A DNA stretch of 64,000 nt from Saliniramus sp. (lineage in GTDB: Bacteria > Pseudomonadota > Alphaproteobacteria > Rhizobiales > Beijerinckiaceae), in the NCBI GenBank assembly GCA_041686895.1, contig JAWLCY010000017.1, positions 2,490 to 66,489 on the forward strand. Direction: 5' to 3'. Made by a program: the position numbers and the translations under genes. Below the pieces are notes generated by a model. The model was given only the letters and a program-made list of their open reading frames with translations. It did not search any database and was not told where the DNA came from. Every line of letters begins with the position of its first letter. Within the stretch, counting starts at the first letter, position 1. Below are positions 20,051 to 30,032 of this stretch, piece after piece.

Positions 20051-22525
20051 TCACGTCCCCCGCGGCTTGGCCCGCCGGGTCGGCTCGGCATTGGCGGGAT
20101 CCTCCGGCCAGGGGTGCTTCGGGTAGCGCCCGCGCATCTCGGCGCGCACGGCGCTCCATGATCCCTTCCAGAAGCCGGGGAGGTCGCGGGTGATCTGGAT
20201 TGGGCGATGGGCGGGCGAGAGCAGGTGCAGGAGGAGGGGAACGCGCCCCTGCGCGATGGCGGGGTGCCGCCCGAGGCCGAACAATTCCTGGACCCGCACC
20301 GCGACGGTGGGCTCCGACTCTCCGTAATCGATGGGGATCGCCGATCCGGTCGGCGCCTCGAAATGCGTCGGCGCCTCCGCGTCGAGCCGCCTCTGCAGGT
20401 TCCAGGGCAGGAGCGCGTGGAGCGCGTTCGCCACGATGTCCGGGGTGATCGCGGAGAGGCTGGTCTTCCCGACGAGGTGAGGGGCGAGCCATGTCCCGAC
20501 GCCCGCCTCGAGCGCCGCGTCGGAGAGATCGGGCCATTCCTCGCCCTCGGCGCGGCGCAGGAACGTGACCCGCTCGCGCCATTGCGCCGCCGCCTTCGAG
20601 AAGGGCAGCGCGGCGATCCCGAGGCCGGCGATTCCCCGCGCCAGGGCCTCGGCGGCCGCCTCCCCGGCGGGAACCGGAAGCGGGCGCTCGGAGAGCACGA
20701 GCGCCCCGAGCCGGGTCGTGCGCCTCGCCCGCAGGGCCCTGGCGGCGCGGTCGAAGACGATCTCCTCGCCGTCGACGATCCTGTCTCCCGCGACCGCGCG
20801 GATGTCGTCCAGCGAGATCGCCGCAGCCGAGAGGATCCGGGCGGAAGCCGCCCCGCCGCCGATCTCGGCGATGGCGAGATAGGGTTCGCGGGCCAGCGCG
20901 AGATGGGCCTCCATCGCCGCGCCGCGCCCGTTCGCCATGACGAATTCTCCCGGCGCGCCCCGCGCCTTGGCGATCCGGTCCGGAAAGGCGAGGGCGAGGA
21001 CCGCGCCGGCCTGCGCCACCGGCAGGCGCGCTGCGCCGCCTCCGGCGGTCTTCGCCCAGCCGGACGCCATGCGACGCATGTCATTCGCCCGCGCGCCTGC
21101 CTCGCGGCGAAAGCGCTCCACGCGATCCGCCAGGTCGACCCCGTCGCCGCCGAGCCCCCTCTCGACAAGGACGGCGGCCAGATCGGCGGCGAGCGCCGCG
21201 TCGTCTCCCGCGGCGAGAACCATGCGCGCGAGCCGCGCCGGCAGGGCAAGCGCGCGCAGCCGCCGCCCCATCGCCGTGATGCGGCCATCCGCGTCCAGCG
21301 CATCGAGCGCAACGAGGAGCGCGCGGGCCTGCGTCAGGGCGGCTGCGGGCGGCGGATCGAGAAAGCGCAGGCTCGCCGGATCGGTGACGCCCCAGGCGGC
21401 GCAGTCGAGCAGCAGCGAGGACAGGTCGGCGGCGAGGATTTCCGGCCGCTGGAAGGGCTCCAGCGCCCCGCTGCCCGCCTCTTCCCAGAGCCGGTAGCAG
21501 ATTCCCGGCTCGGTGCGTCCCGCGCGCCCGCGCCGCTGATCCGCCCCCGCCCGCGAGACGCGCACCGTCTCGAGCCGCGTCAGGCCGATATCCGGCTCGT
21601 AAACGGGGATGCGCGAGAGGCCCGAATCCACCACGACGCGCACGCCCTCGATCGTGAGCGAGGTCTCCGCGATGGCGGTGGCGAGCACCACCTTGCGCCG
21701 TCCCGGCGCGGCGGGGCGCACGGCCCGGTCCTGCTCGCCCCGCTCCATCGCGCCGAAGAGGGGAGCGATCTCGACTGCGGGATCCGTGATCTTCTCCCGC
21801 AGCATCGTCTCGACCCGCCTGATCTCGCCCTGCCCCGGCAGGAAGACGAGGATCGATCCCGGCTCCTGGCGCAGCGCGCGCAGGATGCAGGCGGCGACCT
21901 CCTCCTCGATGCGCCGTCGCGGATCGCGCCCGACATGAAACGTCTCGACGGGAAAGGCGCGGCCCCGGGATTCGATCACGGGCGCGTCTCCCATCAGCGC
22001 CGCGACCCGCGCCCCGTCGAGGGTGGCAGACATGACGAGAAGCCGCAGATCCTCGCGCAGGCCCGATTGCGCATCGAGGGCGAGGGCGAGGCCGAAATCG
22101 GCGTCGAGGGAGCGCTCGTGGAACTCGTCGAACATCACGCAGGCGACGCCCTCGAGCGCGGGATCGTCGAGGATCATCCGCGTGAAGACGCCCTCGGTGA
22201 CGACCTCGATGCGGGTTTTCGGCCCGATCTTCGAGCCGAGCCGCACCCGCAGGCCCACCGTCTCCCCGACCTGCTCGCCCAGCGTCTCGGCCATGCGCGC
22301 GGCCGCCGCGCGGGCCGCGAGACGCCGCGGTTCGAGGAGGATCAGCTTGCGCCCGGCGACCCATGGCTCGCCGAGGAGCGCGAGGGGCGCCCGCGTCGTC
22401 TTTCCCGCGCCGGGCGGCGCGACGAGGACGGCGTTCGGCGTCCGCGCGAGCGCCCGGGCGAGCGGCTCGAGGACCTCGTCGATCGGAAGCGGTTCGGTGA
22501 AGGCGGGCATGTCGAAGCGGCGCAT
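20051..22525 (-). CDS. hrpB: ATP-dependent RNA helicase HrpB (DEAH box)
   Basis: APPGAGKTTR, DEFHERS, SATLD, TAIAETSLTIEG, QRRGRAGR, plus an HrpB-type C-terminal domain. Start is either ATG 22525 (MRRFDMPAF) or 22510. Confidence 0.92.
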   Translation of the reverse strand: MRRFDMPAFTEPLPIDEVLEPLARALARTPNAVLVAPPGAGKTTRAPLALLGEPWVAGRKLILLEPRRLAARAAAARMAETLGEQVGETVGLRVRLGSKIGPKTRIEVVTEGVFTRMILDDPALEGVACVMFDEFHERSLDADFGLALALDAQSGLREDLRLLVMSATLDGARVAALMGDAPVIESRGRAFPVETFHVGRDPRRRIEEEVAACILRALRQEPGSILVFLPGQGEIRRVETMLREKITDPAVEIAPLFGAMERGEQDRAVRPAAPGRRKVVLATAIAETSLTIEGVRVVVDSGLSRIPVYEPDIGLTRLETVRVSRAGADQRRGRAGRTEPGICYRLWEEAGSGALEPFQRPEILAADLSSLLLDCAAWGVTDPASLRFLDPPPAAALTQARALLVALDALDADGRITAMGRRLRALALPARLARMVLAAGDDAALAADLAAVLVERGLGGDGVDLADRVERFRREAGARANDMRRMASGWAKTAGGGAARLPVAQAGAVLALAFPDRIAKARGAPGEFVMANGRGAAMEAHLALAREPYLAIAEIGGGAASARILSAAAISLDDIRAVAGDRIVDGEEIVFDRAARALRARRTTRLGALVLSERPLPVPAGEAAAEALARGIAGLGIAALPFSKAAAQWRERVTFLRRAEGEEWPDLSDAALEAGVGTWLAPHLVGKTSLSAITPDIVANALHALLPWNLQRRLDAEAPTHFEAPTGSAIPIDYGESEPTVAVRVQELFGLGRHPAIAQGRVPLLLHLLSPAHRPIQITRDLPGFWKGSWSAVRAEMRGRYPKHPWPEDPANAEPTRRAKPRGT

Positions 22526-22659
22526 GGGCAGGTGATGCCCAAAGCGGGGCGCGCGCGCAAGCGCGAGCGGCGGAGGGCGCGAGGCCGCACGCCGCGAAGC
22601 TGCTGGATAAAACGGTTTCCTGCGTGTATTTTTGATCTCAAGCAATCAATGGGCGGATC

Positions 22660-23241
22660 ATGGCAAAAGTGCCGAAACGCGTAGGGACGCCGGGGGTCAA
22701 GCCGGTCACGCCTGCAAGGCGCGACTCGGATCTGCGCGACCAGGCGCGGGAATTCCAGGCGGCCCTGCGGCGCGAGTTCCTCGATTATCACGAGCCGGCC
22801 AAGGCCGAGGGCACGGTCGCGGCCGGATTCGACGACCAGATCATGATCTCGGGCACCCGCGCCCGCGAGGCGATGGGCTACATGCACGAACTGGTGCGCC
22901 TGAGCCCGACCTTCCGGGGCGTCCTGCGCAAGGCCCTGGCCGATCTCGACACCTTGTGGATCACCATCGGCCATGGCGGCGGCAACAGCCGCTCGACGAT
23001 CGGCGCGCGCGACGAGAAGATCTACATCAATCTCGAACAGGGGGACCTGCTCGATCTCCTGATCCATGAATGCGGCCATGCCCTCGCAAAGCTGGAGGAC
23101 GGGCCGCTCGGCGGCTTCGGCCCCAACCAGCGCTTCCAGGCGGTGATCAAGCGCGAGCTCGACATGGGTCGCGGCGGCGTCAAGGCCTACGGGACGGAAG
23201 TGCGCCCCAACGAGCCCGGCAAGCGCAGGCGCGCGAACTGA
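22660..23241 (+). CDS. hypothetical protein with a single HExxH (zincin-like) motif
   Basis: 193-aa ORF with strong GC3 bias in this frame. Contains ...TIGHGGGNSRSTIGARDEKIYINLEQGDLLDLLIHECGHALAKL... No signal peptide. Basic termini. No family assigned from memory. Confidence 0.6.
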   Translation: MAKVPKRVGTPGVKPVTPARRDSDLRDQAREFQAALRREFLDYHEPAKAEGTVAAGFDDQIMISGTRAREAMGYMHELVRLSPTFRGVLRKALADLDTLWITIGHGGGNSRSTIGARDEKIYINLEQGDLLDLLIHECGHALAKLEDGPLGGFGPNQRFQAVIKRELDMGRGGVKAYGTEVRPNEPGKRRRAN

Positions 23242-23247
23242 GCCATC

Positions 23248-24405
23248 TTAGAGCCCCGCCGCCGCCCGCAGGAACCGCTCGCCGGCGGCGAGCTGGTCGA
23301 GCGTGATGTACTCATCCGGCTGATGCGCCTGGTCGATCGAACCCGGGCCGCAGACGACGACGGGAATTTCCGCCTGCTGAAACCGGCCCGCCTCGGTGCC
23401 GAAGGGGACGGTGATCGTGGCGTTGCGTCCGGCGGCGCGCAGCGCGACGCGCTCCGCCTCCGAGCCGGGTTCGGGTGCGAGACCGGGAACGTCGACTCCG
23501 AGGATCGTCTCGATGCGTCCGTAATCCCCGAAGCGGTTGAGCCGCTCCCGCGCGATCTTCTCGGAAAAACGGGCGAAGCGCTCGCGGACGACGGTCTGGT
23601 CGAGATCGGGAAGGCCCCGGATCTCCCAATGGAAGGCGCATTCCTTCGCGAGGATGTTGCGCGCCGTTCCCCCGTGGATCGTCCCGATCCCGATGACCGA
23701 ATAGGGAGGATCGAAGCGGCCCGACGGATCGCCCGCGAGCATCAGCTCGTCATTGATCCGGTCGAGTTCGCAGACGAGCGCGGCGGCGGAGGGAATGGCG
23801 TTCGCCCCGAGGGCGGGCTTCGAGGAATGCGCCTCGAAGCCTTGGACACGCGTATGGAAGGTCGAGACGCTCTTGTGGGCGTCCACCACCTCGAGCCCCG
23901 TGGGTTCCCCCACGATGACCGCGCGGGGCCGGGGCAGCTCGCGCCCCAGGCTCACGATCGCGTCCACGACGCCGAGACAGGTGGTCTCCTCGTCATAGGA
24001 GAGGAGGATGTGGACCGGGCGGTCGAGGGCCGCCGCCTTGAAGTCGGGGACGAGGGCGAGCGCGATCGCGCAGAAGCCCTTCATGTCGACGGCGCCGCGA
24101 CCAAAGGCGCGCCCCTCCGCGACGCGCAGGGTGAAGGGATCGCTCGTCCAGCTCTGGCCGGTCACGGGGACCGTGTCGGTATGGCCGGAGAAGACGACGC
24201 CGCCGTCGACGCGCGGGCCTATCGTCGCGACGAGGGCGGCCTTGTCGCCGGCGGCGTTGGGCAGCCGGACATGATCCACGCCCCAGGCGTCGAGATAGTC
24301 GGAGACGAAGTCGATCAGCGCGAGGTTCGACAGGCTGCTTTCCGTGTCGAAGGCGACGAGGCGCGCGAGCATCTCGATCGGCGTGAAGCGGCGGGGCTCG
24401 CTCAT
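23248..24405 (-). CDS. argE: acetylornithine deacetylase (M20 peptidase family)
   Basis: LVAFDTESSLSNLALIDFV, VFSGHTDTVPV, GRGAVDMKG, SYDEE. The ATG at 24405 (MSEPRRF) has AGGAA upstream. The ORF-track start is an extension. Confidence 0.85.
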   Translation of the reverse strand: MSEPRRFTPIEMLARLVAFDTESSLSNLALIDFVSDYLDAWGVDHVRLPNAAGDKAALVATIGPRVDGGVVFSGHTDTVPVTGQSWTSDPFTLRVAEGRAFGRGAVDMKGFCAIALALVPDFKAAALDRPVHILLSYDEETTCLGVVDAIVSLGRELPRPRAVIVGEPTGLEVVDAHKSVSTFHTRVQGFEAHSSKPALGANAIPSAAALVCELDRINDELMLAGDPSGRFDPPYSVIGIGTIHGGTARNILAKECAFHWEIRGLPDLDQTVVRERFARFSEKIARERLNRFGDYGRIETILGVDVPGLAPEPGSEAERVALRAAGRNATITVPFGTEAGRFQQAEIPVVVCGPGSIDQAHQPDEYITLDQLAAGERFLRAAAGL

Positions 24406-24427
24406 GGGCGGGTTCCTGGAGGCGCGG

Positions 24428-24820
24428 TCAATGGACGGAATGACGGGCGTGCGGACTGTCGAGGGAGAAGGCCGGGATGTCGGCAAGGAAGATCTCGCCG
24501 TTCATGCCCTCCATCTCGTAATGGCCCTGCATCGTGCCGTCGGGCGTCGGGAGGGGGCAGCCGCTCGTATAGGTGAAGCTTTCGCCGGGGCCGAGATTGG
24601 GCTGCTGGCCGACCACCCCCGCCCCGCGCACCTCCTGCACGCGCCCGAGCCCGTCGACGATGCGCCAGTAGCGGCGCAGCAGCTTCGCCCGCTCCGGGTT
24701 GAGGTTCGTGATCTCGACAGTATAGGCGAAGAAATACTGCCCCGCCTGCGGCCGGGATTCCTCCTCCAGATATTGCGGCGTCACGGTTACCCGGATGCCG
24801 CGGGTGAGTGCGGTATACAT
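24428..24820 (-). CDS. apaG: ApaG (DUF525) protein
   Basis: MYTALTRGIRVTVTPQYLEEESRPQAGQYFFAYTVEITNL...W.I.D..G....V.G.GVVG.QP.L.PGE.F.Y.S. 130 aa, GGAG SD. Confidence 0.92.
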   Translation of the reverse strand: MYTALTRGIRVTVTPQYLEEESRPQAGQYFFAYTVEITNLNPERAKLLRRYWRIVDGLGRVQEVRGAGVVGQQPNLGPGESFTYTSGCPLPTPDGTMQGHYEMEGMNGEIFLADIPAFSLDSPHARHSVH

Positions 24821-24903
24821 GATCCGGCTCCGAAGCCCCGGCGACAAGCGATCGGGTTGGTGGTAAGCCCCGACATCAATTCCGTCAACGCGTGAACGTC
24901 CCG

Positions 24904-25548
24904 ATGCTCGATGGCCTGATGCGCCGCCTCCTCGACCCGCCCCTCGACCGCGCCGGCCGGTTTCTCGCCGCGCGGGGGATAGGCCCCGACCCGATCACCG
25001 CGGCGGGCCTCGTCTTCAGCCTCGCCTGCGCCGGCGCGATCGCCTTCGGGGCCGACCTGCTCGCGCTCGCCATGCTGGCGCTGAGCCGCCTCTGCGACGG
25101 CCTCGACGGCGCGGCGGCGCGCGCGACGCAGCCGAGCGACCGGGGCGGCTTTCTCGACATCGTCTTCGATTTCGTCTTCTACGGCGCGATCCCGCTCGCC
25201 TTCGCCCTGCGCGATCCCGACGCGAACGCGATCGCGGCCATCGTCCTGCTCTTCACCTTCTACGTGAACGGCGCGAGCTTCCTCGCCTTTGCGGCGATCG
25301 CGGCGAAGCGCGGGATGGAGACGCGCATGCGGGGGGTGAAGTCGATCTATTTCACGACCGGTCTCGCGGAAGGCTCGGAGACGATCATCGCCTTCGCGCT
25401 GATGATCCTCCTGCCGCAGCACTTCCCGCTCATCGCCTATTTCTTCGCCGGCCTGACCCTCATGAGCGCCATCGCCCGCATCGCCCTCGCCTGGGGCTTG
25501 TTCCGGGACGAGGAGGAAGAGGGCGAGGCGGAGGGAGATGCCCGCTAG
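24904..25548 (+). CDS. CDP-alcohol phosphatidyltransferase family protein
   Basis: DGLDGAAARATQPSDRGGFLDIVFDFVFY matches the D-G-x2-A-R...G-x3-D-x3-D signature. Multi-TM. The GTG at 24892 is an alternative start. Confidence 0.8.
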   Translation: MLDGLMRRLLDPPLDRAGRFLAARGIGPDPITAAGLVFSLACAGAIAFGADLLALAMLALSRLCDGLDGAAARATQPSDRGGFLDIVFDFVFYGAIPLAFALRDPDANAIAAIVLLFTFYVNGASFLAFAAIAAKRGMETRMRGVKSIYFTTGLAEGSETIIAFALMILLPQHFPLIAYFFAGLTLMSAIARIALAWGLFRDEEEEGEAEGDAR

Positions 25549-25631
25549 CGGCGGCGGGCTCACCGGCAGGCATTGCGCAAAGCCGCGCAGCCGCCTAGGA
25601 AAAACGAAACGCCAATCCGGGGGTCGATCAG

Positions 25632-26717
25632 TTGCTGCGCGACGGAATTCAATCGGCGAGGACGATCGCCGAACTCACCACGGCGGGGAAGATCCTGCCC
25701 GCGACCCCCTATGCCGCCGACCAGATCCAGCCCGCGAGCCTCGATCTGCGGCTTGGCGCGCGGGTCTGGCGTGTGCGGGCGAGCTTCCTCCCCGGCCCGA
25801 CGCAGACGGTGCGCGACCGGCTCGCCTATCTGGTCCTGCACGAGATGGATCTGACCCAGCCGGTCCTGCTCGAGACCGGATGCGTCTATATCGCGGAACT
25901 CCAGGAGAGCCTCGCCCTGCCGCCCGAGCTTTCGGCGACGGCCAATCCGAAGAGCTCCACCGGGCGCATCGACGTCTTCACGCGGGTGATCACGGATCGC
26001 GCCCGCGAATTCGACGCGGTCGAGGCCGGCTATCACGGGCCGCTCTATGCCGAGATCTCGCCGCGCACCTTTCCCGTGCGCGTGCGCATGGGATCGCGCC
26101 TCTCGCAGTTGCGCCTGCGCAAGGGCGAGGTGCGGCTCGACGATGCTGAACTCGCCGCCCTGCACCTGCGCGAAAGCCTCGTCACCTCCGCCGAGCCCTC
26201 CTTCCAGGACGGCGTGGCCGTGAGCGTCGACCTGGCGGGCTTCGGCAGCGACAAGCTGATCGGCTACCGCGCGAAGCGCCATACCGCACTCGTCGACGTC
26301 GACAGGGTCGGGGCCTGCAAGGTCGCGGATTTCTGGGAGCCGCTGCACACGAACGGGCGCGCGGAGCTGATCCTCGATCCCGGGCAGTTCTACATTCTTG
26401 CCTCGAAGGAAGCTGTCCACGTCCCGCCCGACTATGCGGCCGAGATGGTCCCCTTCGACCCGCTCGTGGGCGAATTCCGCGTGCATTACGCCGGGTTCTT
26501 CGATCCCGGCTTCGGCCATGCCGGCGTCGGCGGCGCGGGCGCGCGGGCCGTGCTCGAGGTCCGTTCCCGGGATGTCCCCTTCATCCTCGAAGACGGGCAG
26601 ACAGTGGGGCGGCTCGTCTACGAGCGCATGGCGGAGCGGCCGGAAATCCTCTACGGGGCCGCCGCCGGTTCGAACTACCAGGCGCAGGGGCTCAAGCTGT
26701 CGAAGCATTTCATCTAG
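25632..26717 (+). CDS. 2'-deoxycytidine 5'-triphosphate deaminase, long (~360 aa) form
   Basis: DQIQPASLDLRLG, NPKSSTGRIDVFTRVI, two dUTPase-like halves. TTG start at 25632 (uncertain). Confidence 0.85.
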   Translation: MLRDGIQSARTIAELTTAGKILPATPYAADQIQPASLDLRLGARVWRVRASFLPGPTQTVRDRLAYLVLHEMDLTQPVLLETGCVYIAELQESLALPPELSATANPKSSTGRIDVFTRVITDRAREFDAVEAGYHGPLYAEISPRTFPVRVRMGSRLSQLRLRKGEVRLDDAELAALHLRESLVTSAEPSFQDGVAVSVDLAGFGSDKLIGYRAKRHTALVDVDRVGACKVADFWEPLHTNGRAELILDPGQFYILASKEAVHVPPDYAAEMVPFDPLVGEFRVHYAGFFDPGFGHAGVGGAGARAVLEVRSRDVPFILEDGQTVGRLVYERMAERPEILYGAAAGSNYQAQGLKLSKHFI

Positions 26718-27001
26718 TTTGGCGTCGCGACTTCCTGATCTCCGCGCTTGCTGTCTCCGGAGCCATTCGGGCGCGCGAACAGGGTGGACGCTCCGCAACG
26801 CATCGATTGCCGAAAGCGGGGTTCGACTTGGCGCAGGGGAGCGAAGAGTCTTAAGGACAACCTTAGATTTATTTTTTCAGAATGTTCACCCCTCGATAAA
26901 AATTACGCCGTAATGTCTCCCCTGGCTTGGGCTGTTCGACTCGGTCTTCAGCCGTCTCTCTCTGTTGTCCTGTCTTCGTTGTCTGCTCTCAAGGTGCTGC
27001 C

Positions 27002-29371
27002 ATGATGACCATACGGCGTTCCAGCCTCCTCTTCACAGGCGCGGTCGCGTTAAGCGTCGTCGTCGCCGCCGGTTTCACGATCGCGTCGGAACTGCGTCGC
27101 CTGACATCGGCCTATGATACCGGCAACGCCGTCATGGCCCTTTCCTATCTGAGCACTGCCACGATCGAGATCTCCCTGGAGCGGTCGCTGTCTCAGGTCG
27201 GCCTCGCTTTGCCCTCGCCGTTTCCCGGCCGATTCCAGGCCATGCTGGAGGAACAGAGGGCTCGCTCGGACAGGCTGTTCGCGCAGCTTGAAGCTCATCT
27301 GGGCGCCATCGACCTTCCCGGCGAGGAAGAGCTCACGGCTGAACTGCAGCGCCACCGCCTGGCGCTGAGCGAAATCCGCCGGGCCGTCGACCCCGATCTG
27401 CGCGTCGCGATGGAGGCGCGGACGAACCGCGACGGGACGGTCATCCGCCGCATGAAGGACACCATCTCCGAAATCAACGCGCTGGGCGATCTCGTGCGCC
27501 CGCCATCGGCTTCCACCCCGTCGACGATCGCGGCTCACGATCTCCTGATGCAGCGGGCGTGGATCATTCGCGAATACGGGGGCCGCGAGCGCACCTATTT
27601 CGCAATCTCGACCGCTCTCGGGAAGCCGGTTCCCGCGGCGAACATTCCCGAGATGCACGAATCGCACGGCCGCGTGCTGCAATCCTGGAGCCTCATGCAG
27701 GGCCTCGCCCGACGCGCCGAGGTGAGCCCGCCGGTCGCCGAGGCTCTGGAGCGCCTGCAGCGGCTTTATTTCGAGGAATACGAGGGTCTGCGCCAGCAAT
27801 TATACGCGGCTGCGGATGTCATCCCGATCGATTTCGAGACCTATTTCGCGCGCTCGTCGGAGGCGCTCGATGCCGCCGTCGCCCTCGCGGCCGAGGCAAG
27901 CCAGGCGAATCTCGCGCTCGCGGAGGAACTGCGCGCCGACGCGGAGAAGAAGCTCTGGCTGATCGTGACCCTGTCGCTTCTCGCTCTCCTCGTCACCGGC
28001 ATCGCGGTGTATTATTTCCAGGTACGGGTCTCGGGGCGCATAAGACGCGCCACCGAAGCAATGACCGCGCTCGCTTCCGGCTCCGACGAAATCGATCTCG
28101 CCCCGTTTGAGGGCCGGGACGAGGTCAGCGACATGGGCCGGGCGCTCGCCATCTTCCGCGACAATGCTCTGGCGCGTGTCCATCTCGAATCGCAGGCGAG
28201 GCTCGACCGCGAGAAGGAACTGGAGCGCCAGGACCGCGTCGAGAGCCTCGTCCAGCGATTCCGCGAGAACGCGGCGCGGATCGAGCGGGCGCTTGCGACA
28301 GAGACGCTCGCCATGAGCGAGACCTCGGCGCGACTGATCGACGTCAGCGGAGCCGCCGCCGAGCAGGGACGCGCTGCCGGCGCGGCCTCCTGCGATTCGG
28401 ATGGTCACGTGCAGTCCGTCGGCGCGGCCTCCGAGGCGCTGACCGGTTCCATCCGCGAGATAGCCGGTCAGGCGAAGGCGACCTCGGAACGCGTGGCGCA
28501 CGCCAAGACCGTCGCCGAGCGTGCGGCCACCACCATCGGCGAACTCGCCCGGGGCACGGATACGATCGGCGAGGTCGTCGCCCTGATCCGACAGGTCGCG
28601 GAGCAGACGAACCTGCTCGCGCTGAACGCGACGATCGAGGCCGCCCGCGCCGGGGAGGCCGGTCGCGGTTTCGCGGTGGTGGCTGCCGAGGTCAAGGCGC
28701 TCGCGAGCCAGACCGCTCACGCGACCGAAGAAATCGCCACGCAGGTCGCGGGTATCCAGGGTGGGACGGATCGGGCGGTCGCGGCGATCGAGTCGATTTC
28801 CGGCACGATCGGCGAAATTGCGGGCCTTGCGGAAGCGTTGGCGAGCGCGGTGGACGTCCAGGACCGGTCGACCCGCAGCATTGCCGAGTCCATCAGCCGC
28901 GCAACAAGCGGCTCGGCGACCGTCGCGCGCAGCCTCAAGCACGTTACCGATGCGATCGACGATACCCGCTCCGAGGCCGATCGCGTTCAATCCGTCTCCG
29001 ACCGCGTCTCCCAGGTGAGCAAGGAGATGGCCCAGTCGGTGGACGAATTTGTCCGCGGCGTCGCAAAGGACGTCGAGGACCGTCGTTCGGAGACCCGGAT
29101 TCCCGCCAGCGATCCTGTAAGCGTCACGGTTGCGGGAACGTCCCTGCCGGCGCGCCTCGTCGATGTCTGCCGCTTCGGCCTGAAGGTCGCCTTCGAACCC
29201 CCTGTCGACTGCTCCGCGAGATTCACTCCCGGCGCTGCCGTGACCGTTGCCTGGGCCGACGGGGCAACGGCCGACGCCAGGATCGTCTGGGCATCCAACT
29301 CCCAGGCCGGCCTGCGAGCCGATTCCCATCTCGGCACTGTCATGGCGCGCTACGAGAAGCCTGCCGCCTGA
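27002..29371 (+). CDS. methyl-accepting chemotaxis protein with a C-terminal PilZ domain
   Basis: TM1 ([17 protein letters not shown]), ~300-aa helical periplasmic region, TM2 ([22 protein letters not shown]), HAMP, highly conserved MCP tip ([35 protein letters not shown]). C-terminal ~95 aa carry RSETR (RxxxR) and DVCRFG (DxSxxG-like). ATG-ATG at 27002 with AAGGTG upstream. Confidence 0.88.
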   Translation: MMTIRRSSLLFTGAVALSVVVAAGFTIASELRRLTSAYDTGNAVMALSYLSTATIEISLERSLSQVGLALPSPFPGRFQAMLEEQRARSDRLFAQLEAHLGAIDLPGEEELTAELQRHRLALSEIRRAVDPDLRVAMEARTNRDGTVIRRMKDTISEINALGDLVRPPSASTPSTIAAHDLLMQRAWIIREYGGRERTYFAISTALGKPVPAANIPEMHESHGRVLQSWSLMQGLARRAEVSPPVAEALERLQRLYFEEYEGLRQQLYAAADVIPIDFETYFARSSEALDAAVALAAEASQANLALAEELRADAEKKLWLIVTLSLLALLVTGIAVYYFQVRVSGRIRRATEAMTALASGSDEIDLAPFEGRDEVSDMGRALAIFRDNALARVHLESQARLDREKELERQDRVESLVQRFRENAARIERALATETLAMSETSARLIDVSGAAAEQGRAAGAASCDSDGHVQSVGAASEALTGSIREIAGQAKATSERVAHAKTVAERAATTIGELARGTDTIGEVVALIRQVAEQTNLLALNATIEAARAGEAGRGFAVVAAEVKALASQTAHATEEIATQVAGIQGGTDRAVAAIESISGTIGEIAGLAEALASAVDVQDRSTRSIAESISRATSGSATVARSLKHVTDAIDDTRSEADRVQSVSDRVSQVSKEMAQSVDEFVRGVAKDVEDRRSETRIPASDPVSVTVAGTSLPARLVDVCRFGLKVAFEPPVDCSARFTPGAAVTVAWADGATADARIVWASNSQAGLRADSHLGTVMARYEKPAA

Positions 29372-29416
29372 TCCGCGCGTGCCGGCAATGCGGGTGCGGG
29401 ATATTCCCGCGCCGTC

Positions 29417-29998
29417 TCAACCCTGCGCCGCCTTCTTCTCGCGGCGGCGGTCGGCGGCCGGCTGGTAGGCGATCTGGGCGTGGTGCTGGCAGTAGGGCGC
29501 GCCGGCGGAGGAGCGGGCGCCGCAGAACCGGAACTCGGGCGAGGTCGGGTCGCCCATCGGCCAACGGCACATGCCCTCGCGCAGATCCATGATCGTCACG
29601 CGCTCGGCGACCGGCGCGACCACCTCGGCGACGGGCCGGGGCCGCAAGGCCGGCTCGGAGGCGAGAGGGCGCGGCTGCGCGAGGGCCGTCGCGCCCACGC
29701 TCACGTGGGCTGACGCCTCCGGGGCCCGCTCGACCCGGCGATGCTCGGCCTCCCCCTGCCCGGAGCCGCCCGCCGGCTTCGCCGCGAGGGCCGCCTTGCC
29801 CCGCGGACGTGTTCCGGATGACGCCGGAGCGGTCTTGCTGCGCCCGGACAGGCCGAGGCGATGCACCTTCCCGATCACCGCGTTGCGGCTCACGCCGCCG
29901 ATCTCCGCCGCAATCTGGCTGGCGCTCCGGCCTTCGCTCCACAACCTCTTGAGCTGTTCGACGCGCTCGTCGCTCCAGGTCACGCTCGCATCCGTCAT
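29417..29998 (-). CDS. gcrA: cell-cycle transcriptional regulator GcrA
   Basis: WSDERVEQLKRLWSEGRSASQIAAEIGGVSRNAVIGKVHRLGL...CRWPMGDP...FCG....G.PYCQHHA. The ATG at 29998 lies 5 nt downstream of a perfect AGGAGG. Confidence 0.93.
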   Translation of the reverse strand: MTDASVTWSDERVEQLKRLWSEGRSASQIAAEIGGVSRNAVIGKVHRLGLSGRSKTAPASSGTRPRGKAALAAKPAGGSGQGEAEHRRVERAPEASAHVSVGATALAQPRPLASEPALRPRPVAEVVAPVAERVTIMDLREGMCRWPMGDPTSPEFRFCGARSSAGAPYCQHHAQIAYQPAADRRREKKAAQG

Positions 29999-30032
29999 CG
30001 CCACCTCCTAGCGGATACCGGCGCGACGATCA

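Noticed and set aside
26812-26835. GGTTCGA T-loop-like string (gcggggttcgacttggcg), considered as a hint of a tRNA.
   Set aside because: The flanking bases cannot form a T-stem (GCGGG versus TTGGC). No acceptor or anticodon arms could be drawn. No tRNA is called anywhere in the window.
26850-26866. TTAAggacaaccTTAG in the chemoreceptor upstream region, considered as a CtrA box.
   Set aside because: The spacing is 8 nt and the second half-site is imperfect. A nearby 13-nt palindrome ATTACG-C-CGTAAT (26902-26914) is noted, but there is no basis to assign it.
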